Notes: generated by a model from the sequence alone, not told the origin. A stretch of 64,000 bases of DNA from Trueperaceae bacterium (GCA_034521815.1 JAXHLW010000013.1:672001-736000); one strand, 5' to 3'. Positions 40,373 to 51,043 are shown, counted from the first letter of the stretch. A program made the numbers and translations.

Positions 40373-41520
40373 CGCCGTTCGCCGCCACCCTCTCCGCGAT
40401 CGTCGCCGACGCGGCGTTCTGGATCTCGGCGCTGTTCGTGGGCGTCCAGCTGGTCGTGGCGATGACGAACGCGGTCACCTTTCCGCGCCTCGCAGCGGCG
40501 TCGTCCGACGGAGCGGCCGAGGGACCGGCGGCCGAGGGACCGAAGGTGAGCCTGCTGGTCCCGGCCCGGAACGAGGCGGCCACGCTTCCCCGGACGCTTC
40601 CGCAGCTGATGGCGCAGGGCGCCGACGAGGTGATCGTGCTGGACGACGCGTCCGACGACGGCACCGGGGCGCTCCTGAGGGAGGCGGAGGGGCGCTACCA
40701 GGCGCTGCGCGTGGTGCGGGGAGCGGCCCTGCCGTCCGGCTGGAACGGGAAGAACTGGGCCTGCCATCAGCTGGCGCACGAGGCCAGCGGCGACGTCTGG
40801 GTGTTCACCGACGCCGACGTCGACTGGCGACCGGGGGCGCTGGACGCGCTGATGAGGGGGTGGCGCCGAGACCGGCCGGGCCTGGCCACCGTATGGCCGC
40901 GGCAGCGGACGCTGAGCTGGGCGGAACGGATCGCCGTCCCGCAGATCGACCTGATCCTGCTGGGATCGCTGCCCTACCCGCTGGTGCGCCTCGTTCCGTT
41001 CGCGTCGCTGGCCGCCGCGAACGGCCAGCTGATGGCCTGGTCGCCGGCGGCCTACCGCGCATCGGGTGGACACGCTGCGGTCCGGGGAGAGGTGTTGGAG
41101 GACGTTCGGCTGGCGCAACGCGCGAAAGCGGCCGGCGTGCGACTGTCGCTGGCGCTGGGCGGCGAGCTCGTCGAGGCGCGCATGTACCGGAGCGCGTCCG
41201 ACGTCGTCGCCGGTTTCGCCAAGAACGTCCTGGCCGCAGCCGGCTCCGTGCCGGTCCTGGTAGGTCTCACCGCGCTGAACGTCGCGGCGTACCTCGCTGC
41301 CTGGCCCCTGGCGCTGGTGGACCGCCGTTGGGCGGTCGTGGCCGTGGGCGGCGTGGCGTTCCGGGCGCTGGTGTCGGCGATCACGCGGCGCCCACTGTGG
41401 GAGGCCGCGCTGCAGCCCGCGGCGCCTCTGGCGCTGACCCTCGTCGTCGCTCGCTCGCTGCGCCACGCGGGCGGCTACGTGTGGAAGGGCCGAGCGTACG
41501 CCGCAGGGCGTCGCCGATGA
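40369..41520 (+). CDS. GT2 carotenoid glycosyltransferase (CruC/CrtQ-like)
   Basis: VPARNE, DDASDDGT, GWNGKNWAC, FTDAD, ANGQ, LEDV. Confidence 0.88.
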   Translation: MTPFAATLSAIVADAAFWISALFVGVQLVVAMTNAVTFPRLAAASSDGAAEGPAAEGPKVSLLVPARNEAATLPRTLPQLMAQGADEVIVLDDASDDGTGALLREAEGRYQALRVVRGAALPSGWNGKNWACHQLAHEASGDVWVFTDADVDWRPGALDALMRGWRRDRPGLATVWPRQRTLSWAERIAVPQIDLILLGSLPYPLVRLVPFASLAAANGQLMAWSPAAYRASGGHAAVRGEVLEDVRLAQRAKAAGVRLSLALGGELVEARMYRSASDVVAGFAKNVLAAAGSVPVLVGLTALNVAAYLAAWPLALVDRRWAVVAVGGVAFRALVSAITRRPLWEAALQPAAPLALTLVVARSLRHAGGYVWKGRAYAAGRRR

Positions 41521-43010
41521 GCCGCCGCGGGCCGGCGCCTTCGAGCGCGCCGAGCGAGGCCGTCGACGCCCTGGTGCTCGGAGCGGGCTTCGCCGGGCTG
41601 GCAGCGGCGATCGAGCTGGCCCTGACCGGGGCCGAGGTGACCGTCGTCGAGAGGATGGGCGCGCCCGGAGGCAAGGCCGGCGAGGTCCGCAGCGCCGGCT
41701 ACCGGTTCGATACCGGGCCCAGCGTGGTGACGCTGCCCGAGGTGATCGCCGCGCCGTTCCGCGACGCCGGCCGCGCCGTCCCGCTGAAGCTGCGTCCCCT
41801 CGACCCGCCGGCCCGTTATCGCTTCGCCTCCGGCCGTGTGCTGGACGTGCGCAGAGACGTCGAGGCCACGACGGCCCAGCTGTCCGCGTCCGAGGCCCGC
41901 GCCTACCGGACGTTGCTGGACGAGGCCCGGGCGATGTACGAGGCGGCCGCGCCGACGTTCGTGCACGGGCCGCACCCGGGACCCGCGCGGCTGCTGCGCT
42001 ACGGATTGCGGCACGGGCTGCGAGCCAAGCCGTGGGCCAAGCTGCCGGACCTCCTGGCGCGGCACGGAGCCCACGGCGAGCTTCGCGACCTGTTCCTGCG
42101 GTTCGCGACCTACTTCGGCGCCGATCCGTTCCAGGCGCCCGCGGTGCTCCACAACATCGCCTGGGTCGAGCTGGGCCTCGGCGTCGTCGCCCCGGAAGGA
42201 GGCGTCGCCGGCCTGGTGCGAGCGTACGAGACGCTGGCGCGTCAGCTGGGCGTACGGTTCGTGTACGGCGCGACCGTGACCGAGCTGCGACCTCGCGCCA
42301 GCGCCGCGCCCGAGGTCCGCGTCCAGCGAGACGGCCGCGCCGCGGCGTACCGACCGACCAGGCTGGTCTCGACCCTCGACCGTGACCGCACGCTTCGCTT
42401 GCTGGGCCGGCGAGCGCCAGGCGCCCGGGTCACGCCCAGCCTGTCGGGACTGGTGCTGCTGATGGCGGTCGAGGGGAGGCACCAGGACGTTCTCCACCAC
42501 ACCCTGTCGATGCCGGCGGACTACGCCGCGGAGTTCCAGGCGATCCGCCACGGCCGTGCGCCTGCGGACCCCGCTCTGTACCTGTCGCTGTCGTGCCGCT
42601 CGGAGCCGGAGGACGCGCCGCCCGGTGCGGAGAACTGGTTCGTGATGGCGAACGCTCCTGCCCTGGACGGCGACGGCGCGGGGATCGACGAGGAGGCGTA
42701 CGCCAGGCGCGTGGAGGCGCTGCTCGTCCGGCGGGGCTGGCTTCGCGAGGGCGAGGGCCGGACGCTGGCGGTGCTGGGGCCCCGCCACCTGGCCGAGCTC
42801 GCCAGCCGCGGCGCGATCTACGGGGCCGCACCCCACTCGCTGGCGGCGACCCTCAGGCCGCCGCAGCGCCTTCGAGGCGTGCGCGACACGGTGCTGGCGG
42901 GCGGTACCGTTCATCCAGGCGGTGGGATTCCGCTGGCCGTGCTGTCCGGACGGCGGGCGGCGCGGACCGTCGCCCGCCGTCGCGGTCGGCATGCGACGGG
43001 CGCAGGCTGA
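41517..43010 (+). CDS. Phytoene desaturase family protein, probably carotenoid 3,4-desaturase (CrtD-like)
   Basis: GAGFAGL, GYRFDTGPS, GAIYG, GGTVHPGGGIPLAVLSG. Confidence 0.75.
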   Translation: MSRRGPAPSSAPSEAVDALVLGAGFAGLAAAIELALTGAEVTVVERMGAPGGKAGEVRSAGYRFDTGPSVVTLPEVIAAPFRDAGRAVPLKLRPLDPPARYRFASGRVLDVRRDVEATTAQLSASEARAYRTLLDEARAMYEAAAPTFVHGPHPGPARLLRYGLRHGLRAKPWAKLPDLLARHGAHGELRDLFLRFATYFGADPFQAPAVLHNIAWVELGLGVVAPEGGVAGLVRAYETLARQLGVRFVYGATVTELRPRASAAPEVRVQRDGRAAAYRPTRLVSTLDRDRTLRLLGRRAPGARVTPSLSGLVLLMAVEGRHQDVLHHTLSMPADYAAEFQAIRHGRAPADPALYLSLSCRSEPEDAPPGAENWFVMANAPALDGDGAGIDEEAYARRVEALLVRRGWLREGEGRTLAVLGPRHLAELASRGAIYGAAPHSLAATLRPPQRLRGVRDTVLAGGTVHPGGGIPLAVLSGRRAARTVARRRGRHATGAG

Positions 43011-43028
43011 GCGGCCGCCGGTCCAGCG

Positions 43029-44126
43029 CTACGCCCTCGCCGCGTAGCCCTCGGGCCCGCCGGCCTGGGCCGTCGTGGACTCCAGCATGATCGTCTGGGT
43101 GGGGAAGGCGAACTCGATTCCGCGCTCCGCGAACGCGTCGACCAGCGCCAGGTTGATCTCCTGCTGGACGTCCATGTACAGGTTGTAGGTCGGATCGAGC
43201 ATCCAGTACACGACCTCGAAGTCCAGCGAGAACTGTCCGAACGCCTTGAAGTGCGCCCGATCGAAGCGGACCGGCGACCTGGCCTCCACGATCTCGCGAA
43301 TCACCTCGGGGATCTCTCGCAGTCGATCCGGCGGCGTTCCGTACACCACGCCCAAGGTGAACAGGACGCGCCGCTCGGCCATCCGCTTGTAGTTGCGGAT
43401 CCGACTCTGGATCAGGTCGTTGTTGGAGAACACCAGCTGCTCGCCCCCCAGGCTGCGCACGCGGGTGGTGCGAAGCCCGACGTTCTCGACCGTGCCCACG
43501 AGGTCGTCGACGATGATGAAATCGCCGATCTCGAACGGTTTGTCCAGCACGATCGACAGCGACGCGAACAGGTCGCCCAGGATGTTCTGCAGCGCCAAGC
43601 CGATCGCGACCGAGGCGATCCCGATCCCGGCCAGGAGCGCCGTGATGTCGATGCCGAGGTTGTCCAGCGCCAGGATCAGCAACAGCGAGAACAGCGCCAG
43701 GCGGCCGAGGAAGGTCAGCGCGGACAGCGTGGTCTTGCGACTGCCGTCCATGCCGTCCTGCCGGCGGTAGTGCTCGGTCGCGACCTGGATCGCCCGGTTG
43801 CCCCACAGGGCGGCCTGCAGGATGAGCACGATCGTGATGAGCGTGTCGAGCGTTCCCGAGAGGTCGCCCGGCAGCGCCAACGCTCGCGAACCGACCCACA
43901 GGCCGATCAGGAGCATCAACGGCGCGCGCACGCTGGCGATCACGTCGGAGAGGATGTCGTCGAAGACGTTCTTCGTCAGGTCCGCCATCTTCCGAAGGCG
44001 CCGCCGAGCGAGACCGCGAAGGGTTCGCAGCACGACCATCGTGACCACGACCAGAACCAGCGCCAGAAGCCAGCGAAGCAGATTGTTGCCGTACAAGGTC
44101 GCTTCGGTCAGGAGGGTCCAATCCAT
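43029..44126 (-). CDS. Small-conductance mechanosensitive channel family protein
   Basis: ALLAGIGIASVAIGLALQNIL, DKPFEIGDFI, GLRTT, IEFAFPT. Confidence 0.93.
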   Translation of the reverse strand: MDWTLLTEATLYGNNLLRWLLALVLVVVTMVVLRTLRGLARRRLRKMADLTKNVFDDILSDVIASVRAPLMLLIGLWVGSRALALPGDLSGTLDTLITIVLILQAALWGNRAIQVATEHYRRQDGMDGSRKTTLSALTFLGRLALFSLLLILALDNLGIDITALLAGIGIASVAIGLALQNILGDLFASLSIVLDKPFEIGDFIIVDDLVGTVENVGLRTTRVRSLGGEQLVFSNNDLIQSRIRNYKRMAERRVLFTLGVVYGTPPDRLREIPEVIREIVEARSPVRFDRAHFKAFGQFSLDFEVVYWMLDPTYNLYMDVQQEINLALVDAFAERGIEFAFPTQTIMLESTTAQAGGPEGYAARA

Positions 44127-44205
44127 GGGGCGCATGCTACATGAGACCGCCGCGATGGCGCCCGAGGACCCTGAGACAGGGACGCATCGGCGCTATCCTC
44201 CGGGC

Positions 44206-44778
44206 ATGAAGATCTATACCCGGACCGGCGACGCCGGCGACACCGGCCTCTTCGGCGGCGAGCGCGTCTCCAAGACCTCGGCGCGTGTCGGCGCCTACGG
44301 AAGCGTCGACGAGGCGAACGCGCATCTCGGCATGGCGCGCGCGACGCTGCACGATGCCGAGATCGACGAGCTCCTGGGCACGCTCCAGAGCGACCTGTTC
44401 GACGTCGGCGCCGATCTCGCGACGAAGGCGGGCGTGCCGGCACGGGAGCGCATCCATCCGTCGAGCGCATCGGACGTCGCCCGGATCGAGGCCTGGATCG
44501 ACCGGCTCGAGGGCGAGCTCGCACCGCTACGGAGCTTCATTCTGCCGGGTGGCCACCCGGCCGCCGCGACGCTGCATGTCGCCCGGACCGTGGTGCGACG
44601 CGCCGAGCGCGACGCCGTGGCCTTGGCGGAGGCCGAGGAGGCGAACCCTCACGCGGTCGTCTACCTCAACCGGCTCTCCGATCTGCTCTTCGTGCTGGCG
44701 CGCGTGGTGAACGCCCGTCACGGCGTCGACGAGGCGACCTGGTCCGCTGGGGCGCGCGCCGACGCGAGCGACACCTGA
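44206..44778 (+). CDS. PduO-type ATP:cob(I)alamin adenosyltransferase
   Basis: MKIYTRTGDAGDT, YGSVDEAN, FILPGG, RRAER, YLNRLSDLLF. Confidence 0.94.
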   Translation: MKIYTRTGDAGDTGLFGGERVSKTSARVGAYGSVDEANAHLGMARATLHDAEIDELLGTLQSDLFDVGADLATKAGVPARERIHPSSASDVARIEAWIDRLEGELAPLRSFILPGGHPAAATLHVARTVVRRAERDAVALAEAEEANPHAVVYLNRLSDLLFVLARVVNARHGVDEATWSAGARADASDT

Positions 44779-44857
44779 GGGCGATCACCCGGCCGGCGGC
44801 CACCCGGCCGGCGGCCACCTGACCGCCGCCCCCTGCCGCCGCCCCCCGGGAGGCGGC

Positions 44858-45928
44858 CTAGACCGTGTCTCGGGGGTCGGCGCGCAGCTCCCCGACGTGG
44901 CTCAGGCCGCGCCGATCGAGCTCGGCGACGATGCCGTCCGCGATCCGTCGCGGCAAGCTTGGACCTTCGTAGATCAGCCCGGTGTAGACCTGCAGCAGGT
45001 CCGCACCGGCCTCCAGGCGACGGATGGCCTCGGCAGCGCCGTCGATGCCGCCCACCGACACGATCGGCAGCGACGTCGAGCGGCGCAGGACGCGAAGGAC
45101 CTGCATGGCCCGCAGCGCCAGCGGGGGGCCCGACAGCCCTCCGGGCGCGCCCGGATCGAGCTTCAGACCGGCCCGACCGACCGTCGTGTTCGTCGCCACG
45201 ATGCCGTCCACCTTCGTCGCCTCGCACAGGGCGGCCAAGCGCCCTAGCGCGCGGTCGCTCAGATCGGGCGCCAGCTTGACGAGCACCGGCGTGCCCGCGG
45301 CCGCCTCACGGACGGCGCGAAGCAACGCCTCGAACGGCTCCTCGTCCTGAAGGTCGCGAAGCCCCGGCGTGTTCGGGGACGAGACGTTGATCGCGATCGC
45401 GTCCGCGTAGGGCAGAAGCGTGCGAATCGACGTCAGGTAGTCGTCGGTGGCGTGCTCCAGCGACACCGCGCGGCTCTTGCCCACGTTCACGACCACCGGC
45501 ACGTCGGGCCAGGCGTCCAAGCGACGCCACGCCTCCAGCCGCGACGCGAGCGCGTCCGCCCCGATGCTGGGGAACCCCATCGCGTTCACGATCGCCCGAT
45601 CCGCCCGGAGCCGCACGGCCCGCGGACGCGGGTTGCCCGGCTGGGCGCGGGCGGTCACGGTGCCGATCTCGACGTGGCCGAAGCCCAGCGCGGACCAGAA
45701 CGGCAGCGCGTCGGCGTCCTTGTCCAGCCCTGCCGCCAGGCCCAGCGGCGAGGGGAAGCTCAGGCCGAACGCCTCGACCCGAAGCCTAGGGTCGTCGCGG
45801 CGGGCGCGACGCGCGAGCAGGCGGCGGGCGGACGCGCTACGCGCCACGACCGAGGCCGCCCGCATCGCGAGCCAGTGGGCGGTCTCGGGCTCCAACAGGA
45901 ACAGCGCGGGGCGCAGCGAGCGGTACAC
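44858..45928 (-). CDS. pyrD: Quinone-dependent dihydroorotate dehydrogenase
   Basis: GLAAGLDK, GTVT..QPGNPRPR, NVSSPNTPGLR, GGLSG, VGGI; GTG 7 nt after TAGCAT. Confidence 0.95.
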   Translation of the reverse strand: MYRSLRPALFLLEPETAHWLAMRAASVVARSASARRLLARRARRDDPRLRVEAFGLSFPSPLGLAAGLDKDADALPFWSALGFGHVEIGTVTARAQPGNPRPRAVRLRADRAIVNAMGFPSIGADALASRLEAWRRLDAWPDVPVVVNVGKSRAVSLEHATDDYLTSIRTLLPYADAIAINVSSPNTPGLRDLQDEEPFEALLRAVREAAAGTPVLVKLAPDLSDRALGRLAALCEATKVDGIVATNTTVGRAGLKLDPGAPGGLSGPPLALRAMQVLRVLRRSTSLPIVSVGGIDGAAEAIRRLEAGADLLQVYTGLIYEGPSLPRRIADGIVAELDRRGLSHVGELRADPRDTV

Positions 45929-45982
45929 GCCGCCCATGCTATCCCGCGCCCCGTCCGCCCGGACGGCCCCGACGCGCGCTCT

Positions 45983-46020
45983 TCACTGTTCACACGTCAC
46001 GCGTCACGCGTCACGCGTCA
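45983..46020. repeat. Heptamer tandem array (TCACGCG-like x6)
   Basis: tcactgt tcacacg tcacgcg tcacgcg tcacgcg tca; TCA recurs every 7 nt. Confidence 0.85.
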
Positions 46021-46737
46021 GCGCGCGGACGGCGGTCGGCTGGGCCGCACCTCGATCTTCGACGGCAGCGTACGCGCCGGCATGCGGACGAGCTCCATCA
46101 CCAGCGAGCCCACGTCCTCCGGCTGGATCTTCCAAGCGTCGGCGTCGCCCGGCTCGTGCCCGCCGAAGTGCGTCGCGACCGAGCCGGGCATGATCGTGGA
46201 GACCCGCACGCCCTTGCGGCGAAGGTCCAGCATGACGGCCTGCGAGAACCCGGCGAGCCCGAACTTGCTGGCGTTGTACGCCGCGCCGCCCTCGAAGAAG
46301 TTCGTGCCCGCCAGCGAGCCGATCGTCACGACGAGACCTTCGGCCGCCTCGAGCGGCTCGAGCGCGGCCTTGATCGAGTAGAAGACGCCGGTGAGGTTCG
46401 TGTCGAGCACCCGGTGCCAGGCGTCCGGCTCGAGATCCACGATGCTCGCGAAGTGCCCGACGCCCGCGTTCGCGATCAGCACGTCCAGACGGCCGAACGC
46501 CTGCATCGCCTCCGCGACCGCAGCGCGCTGCTGCCCCAAGTCGCGCACGTCGCACGGAATGCCGAGGGCCCGGCCGCCGCCGCGTGCGGTCAGCTCGGCC
46601 TCGGCCCGTTCGACGTCGTCCTTGGTCCGAGCCGTGATGACGACGTCCATCCCGGCGTCCACCATCGCCTCGGCGATGCCGAGCCCGATGCCCTTGCTGC
46701 CTCCGGTGACCAGTGCGGTTCGTCCTTGAGGGTCCAT
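46018..46737 (-). CDS. SDR family oxidoreductase
   Basis: TGGSKGIG, NAG, YNASK. Confidence 0.93.
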   Translation of the reverse strand: MDPQGRTALVTGGSKGIGLGIAEAMVDAGMDVVITARTKDDVERAEAELTARGGGRALGIPCDVRDLGQQRAAVAEAMQAFGRLDVLIANAGVGHFASIVDLEPDAWHRVLDTNLTGVFYSIKAALEPLEAAEGLVVTIGSLAGTNFFEGGAAYNASKFGLAGFSQAVMLDLRRKGVRVSTIMPGSVATHFGGHEPGDADAWKIQPEDVGSLVMELVRMPARTLPSKIEVRPSRPPSAR

Positions 46738-46809
46738 GTCGGGACGCTAGCATGCGACCGCCCGCCTGGACGGGTCGGATGCCGAGAGCCAGCGTGGTAG
46801 CCTCCCGGC

Positions 46810-47433
46810 GTGCGACGCGCGCTGACCTTGATCCGTCACGGCCTGACCGACTGGAACGTCGAGGGCAGGTTCCAAGGTCAGACCGATCGGCCCCTGTCCG
46901 AGGAGGGGCGACGGCAGGCGCGCAGGCTGTCGCGTCGCACCGCCCGTTTCGGCCACGTCGACACCGTCGTGGCGAGCCCGCTCGTCAGGGCCGTCGAGAC
47001 GGCCAGGCTGGCGTTCCCGGGGCGCGAGCCGACGACCGATCCCCGCCTGATGGAGCTCCACTTCGGCGTGTTCGAGGGCCGTACCGCGGCCGAGAACGAA
47101 GCGCGGCCCGAGTGGCCCACCTGGGCCGCGGATCCCTACGGGCGCGTGCCGCCCGGCGGCGAGTCGTACGAACAGCTGCGCGACCGCGCCGTGGCGTGGT
47201 TCGAGGAGCTTCCACATGATCAGGGGCACGTGGTCGCGGTCACGCACAGCGGCACGATCCAGATGATCCTCGCGCACGTCCTCGGGATCGAGCGGCCCCG
47301 CTGGCGCAAACGCATCTACGTGCGGCACAGCAGCGTCAGCCGCATCGTGATGCAGGACGGCCACCTGGTCGTGGAGCGCGTGAACGACACGCGTCACCTG
47401 GACGAGAACGGCGCCGATCCGTTTTGGGAGTGA
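46810..47433 (+). CDS. Histidine phosphatase (phosphoglycerate mutase family)
   Basis: RHGLT, SPLVRA, ELHFG, GES, VTHSG. Confidence 0.92.
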   Translation: MRRALTLIRHGLTDWNVEGRFQGQTDRPLSEEGRRQARRLSRRTARFGHVDTVVASPLVRAVETARLAFPGREPTTDPRLMELHFGVFEGRTAAENEARPEWPTWAADPYGRVPPGGESYEQLRDRAVAWFEELPHDQGHVVAVTHSGTIQMILAHVLGIERPRWRKRIYVRHSSVSRIVMQDGHLVVERVNDTRHLDENGADPFWE

Positions 47434-48179
47434 CCGCCGGAAGCCCCGCGCCCAAGCAACGCGTGGGCGCCACGCCGCCCGAGCCGGACGCCTTCGTCGT
47501 ACGTCAGCCCGGGTATCAGGGCGATCTGGCCGGCCTGGCGCGGGCGTTGCGGTCCGGCGCGCTGGCGCCGCGCGATCTCGATCTGCGCGCTCTGGTGGAC
47601 GACGTCCTGGTCTGGTTCGAGCGGGAGGCGGAGCGGGATCTGGACCTCGCCTCGACCGCGCTGCCGCAGGTGGCTCAGGTTCTCGAGCTCAAGCTGCGGC
47701 TGCTCCTGCCGAGGCCGCCCCGCGATTCCGACGACGACGAGGACCTGCCCACGACCGGCGACGAGACGCTCGCCGCGGTCGCGCTGCTCGAGGACCTCGA
47801 GTCCGCGATCGCCTTCCTGAGGCGTCGGCGGTTCGAGCGGTCGGTCGTGCTTCCCGCCCGGACGCCGCGCCCCGACCTGCCCAGGCCGACGCGTCCGGTC
47901 GCGACGACCGCGTCGCGGCTGGCCGCACTGGCCAAGAACCTGCGTCCCGGCGGGTACTTCGAGCTGGCGCACGATCGCCTCACGCTCGAGGATGCGGTGC
48001 GCAGGCTGCGCTCGGCGCTGGCGCGGGCGGCGCGTGGCACGCTGCGAAGCTTGACGCCCAGCCGGAGCTGGGCGGAGCGGACCGTGCTGTTCTCGGCGTT
48101 CCTGGAGCTGGTGCGGGAGGGCCGCGTCAGCGCTCGCCAGGACGAGGCGTACGGCGAGATCGAGATCGAGCGGCGCTGA
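47430..48179 (+). CDS. scpA: Segregation and condensation protein A
   Basis: GYQGDL..L, ELKLRLLLP, FSAFLELVREG...QDEAYGEI kleisin C-terminus. Confidence 0.8.
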   Translation: MTAGSPAPKQRVGATPPEPDAFVVRQPGYQGDLAGLARALRSGALAPRDLDLRALVDDVLVWFEREAERDLDLASTALPQVAQVLELKLRLLLPRPPRDSDDDEDLPTTGDETLAAVALLEDLESAIAFLRRRRFERSVVLPARTPRPDLPRPTRPVATTASRLAALAKNLRPGGYFELAHDRLTLEDAVRRLRSALARAARGTLRSLTPSRSWAERTVLFSAFLELVREGRVSARQDEAYGEIEIERR

Positions 48180-48198
48180 CGCCGCGCGGCGCTCCGGC

Positions 48199-50007
48199 TC
48201 AGGCCGTGGCTCGCTGCTTCGCTTCGCGCTTGCGCAGGTTCGGCTCGAGCGTGCGCTTGCGAAGCCTGAGATGCTTCGGGGTCACCTCGAGCAGGTCGTC
48301 CTCGCCCAGGTACTCGAGCGCCTCTTCGAGCGTGGGCTTGCGTGCGGGGGTGAGCACGATGTTGTCGTCGCTGCCCGACGCCCGGACGTTCGTCAGCTTC
48401 TTGTTCTTCGTCACGTTCACGTCCATGTCGCCGCTCCGGGCGTTGGCGCCGATGATCATCCCGACGTACACCTCGGTGCCCGGATCGATGAAGAACGTGC
48501 CGCGATCCTGCAGCTTGAACAGCGAGTAGGCGAACGTCTCGCCCGGCTCCATCGCCACCAGCGAGCCGGTAGCGCGGGTGCGGATCTCTCCGGCGAGCGG
48601 CTCGTAGCCGTCGAACACGTGGCTGAGCAGGCCCTCACCGGCGGTCATCGACAGGAACGTGGTTCGGAAGCCGAACAGGCCGCGACTGGGCATCTGGAAC
48701 TCGGCACGGGCACGCGTCTCGCCCTGCTGCAGGTCGACGAGCTTGCCACGCCGCTGGTTCAGCGCCTCGATGATGCTGCCGAGCGTCTCGGATGGAACGT
48801 CGGCCACGACGCGCTCGACCGGCTCGAGCGTGACGCCGTCCTGCTCGCGGAGGATCACCTCGGGACGCGACACGCTGAACTCGTACCCCTCGCGGCGCAT
48901 CTGCTCGAGCAGGATCGACAGGTGCAGCTCGCCACGGCCGGAGACCCGGTAGCTCTCGCCACCGAGCGGCTCGACGCGCAGCGCGACGTTCGTGAGCAGC
49001 TCGCGCTCCAGCCGGTCGGCGATGTGGCGGCTGGTCAGGTAACGGCCGTCACGCCCCGCGAACGGGCTGGTGTTGGGGCTGAGGGTGATCGCGACGGTGG
49101 GCTCGTCGATCGCCGTGGTCGGCATCCGCTCGGGATGCTCGGGCGACGCGAGCGTCTCGCCGATCTGGACACCGTCCACGCCCGAGAGGACGACGATGTC
49201 GCCCGCCAGGGCCATCTCCGTCTCGACACGGCCGAGGCCGAGGTGGGTGTACACCTTCGTGACGCGCGACTTGAGCTCGCTGCCGTCGCGTGCGAGCCGC
49301 AGCAGGTCGTCGCCCGGACGCAGCCGTCCGCGGCGCAGGCGGCCGATCGCCAGCCGACCGACGTAGTCGTCGTAGTCCAGGTTCGCTACCTGGAGCAGGA
49401 CCGGTCCGTCGGGATCGTCGGTGGTGGCGGGAAAGTGGCTCAGGATCGTCTCGAACAGCGGGGCGAGGTCGCCCGCGGGTTCCTCGCCGTCGCGCCAGGC
49501 GCGGCCGTCGCGTGCGATGGCGTGGATGACGGGAAAGTCGAGCTGCGCGTCGCTCGCGCCGAGGTCGACCATCAGGTCGAAGGTGAGGTCGACGACCTCG
49601 TCGGGACGGGCGTCCGCGCGGTCGATCTTGTTCACGACCACGATCGGCCTCAGTCCCAGCGCCAGCGCCTTCTTCAGAACGAAGCGGGTCTGGGGCATCG
49701 GTCCTTCGGCCGCATCGACGAGCAGCAGCACGCCGTCGACCATCTGCAACGCGCGCTCGACCTCGCCACCGAAGTCGGCGTGGCCGGGCGTGTCGACGAT
49801 GTTGATCTTGTCGCCTCTCCAGGCGACGGCGGTGTTCTTGGCCAGGATGGTGATGCCTCGCTCGCGCTCGATAGCGCCGGAGTCCATCACGCGCTCGGCG
49901 ACTTCCTGGTTCTCGCGGAAGATGCCGGACTGGCGCAACATGCCGTCGACGAGGGTGGTCTTGCCATGGTCGACGTGCGCGACGATGGCGACGTTTCGGT
50001 AGCTCAT
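48199..50007 (-). CDS. typA: Translational GTPase TypA/BipA
   Basis: [40 protein letters not shown]. Confidence 0.97.
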   Translation of the reverse strand: MSYRNVAIVAHVDHGKTTLVDGMLRQSGIFRENQEVAERVMDSGAIERERGITILAKNTAVAWRGDKINIVDTPGHADFGGEVERALQMVDGVLLLVDAAEGPMPQTRFVLKKALALGLRPIVVVNKIDRADARPDEVVDLTFDLMVDLGASDAQLDFPVIHAIARDGRAWRDGEEPAGDLAPLFETILSHFPATTDDPDGPVLLQVANLDYDDYVGRLAIGRLRRGRLRPGDDLLRLARDGSELKSRVTKVYTHLGLGRVETEMALAGDIVVLSGVDGVQIGETLASPEHPERMPTTAIDEPTVAITLSPNTSPFAGRDGRYLTSRHIADRLERELLTNVALRVEPLGGESYRVSGRGELHLSILLEQMRREGYEFSVSRPEVILREQDGVTLEPVERVVADVPSETLGSIIEALNQRRGKLVDLQQGETRARAEFQMPSRGLFGFRTTFLSMTAGEGLLSHVFDGYEPLAGEIRTRATGSLVAMEPGETFAYSLFKLQDRGTFFIDPGTEVYVGMIIGANARSGDMDVNVTKNKKLTNVRASGSDDNIVLTPARKPTLEEALEYLGEDDLLEVTPKHLRLRKRTLEPNLRKREAKQRATA

Positions 50008-50110
50008 AGGGCTCGCTTCCCGGGCGCGGCGTTCGCGGCCCGAAGAGGGATCGTAGCACCTCGCACCCTCGCTGCGGTGACGCCAGCCGACGGCGCACGG
50101 TGCGTGCAAG

Positions 50111-50147
50111 CGTTCGCCCCGCCGGCATCGAGCCGGCGGGGCGAACG
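50111..50147. terminator. Perfect 16-bp hairpin downstream of the fasciclin gene (likely terminator, no clear U-tract)
   Basis: CGTTCGCCCCGCCGGC-atcga-GCCGGCGGGGCGAACG. Confidence 0.6.
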
Positions 50148-50218
50148 AGCGGGCGGGGCGTCACGACACGCTAGACGCGTCGGACCGCTCGATCCGAGCG
50201 CTGGATCCGACCGCTGGG

Positions 50219-51043
50219 TCAGAGGCCGGGGGCGCCCGCTCCGACCTCGCCGCAGGCGACGAAGGTCGAGATCTCCTCGGGCGACAGGTGCACCATCACC
50301 AGGTGGTTGTCCGTGAGGATCGCTTCGATCGGGGCGTCGACCTCGGTGACCGACAACCCGGTCGAGCCGTCGACGGGATTCAGGGGGATCACGACGGAGC
50401 CGGGGGCGGTGCAGTCGCCTGCGTGGAAGTGCGCGGGGTGGACGCCGCCGGACGGCGTGCCCTGCAGCGACAACGTGACCAGGGTTCCGCCCATGAAGCG
50501 ATCGATCGTCACGGTTCCGGACACGCCCGAGTCGTTCAGCGAGCCGACGGGCAGGACCGTCGTGTCGGTGGCGGCGGCGGTGACGGACGGGGGCAGAAGC
50601 ACGGTGTCGATGACGTGGATCACGCCGTTCGAGGCCGGCACGTCGGTGGCCACGACGTTCGCGTCGTTCACGCGGACGCCGTCACCGTCGACGGTGACGG
50701 TCAGCGACTCGCCCTGGACGGTCTCGGCCGAGCGAAGGCCCACGACCTGATCCGAGCCGACCTCGCCGGCGACGACGTGGTAGGTGAGGATGGCGGTGAG
50801 CAGCTCGGTGTCGGCCAGAATCGCGTCGAGGGTGTCGGCGGGGATCTTGGCGAAGGCGGCGTCGGTCGGCGCGAACACCGTGAACGGTCCGTCGCTGGAC
50901 AGCACGCCGGCGAGGTCGGCCGCCTGGACGGCGGTCACGAGGGTGCCGAAGTCTCCGGCGTCAGCAGCCACGTCGACGATGGTCTGTGCGGATACCAGCG
51001 GGACGAGGGCGATGATCAGGGTTGCGAGTGAACGCTTGAACAT
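50219..51043 (-). CDS. Secreted fasciclin (FAS1) domain protein with C-terminal CHRD/Cu-Zn SOD-like domain
   Basis: Signal peptide; [28 protein letters not shown]-terminal [10 protein letters not shown]...VMVH...VACG. Confidence 0.85.
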   Translation of the reverse strand: MFKRSLATLIIALVPLVSAQTIVDVAADAGDFGTLVTAVQAADLAGVLSSDGPFTVFAPTDAAFAKIPADTLDAILADTELLTAILTYHVVAGEVGSDQVVGLRSAETVQGESLTVTVDGDGVRVNDANVVATDVPASNGVIHVIDTVLLPPSVTAAATDTTVLPVGSLNDSGVSGTVTIDRFMGGTLVTLSLQGTPSGGVHPAHFHAGDCTAPGSVVIPLNPVDGSTGLSVTEVDAPIEAILTDNHLVMVHLSPEEISTFVACGEVGAGAPGL

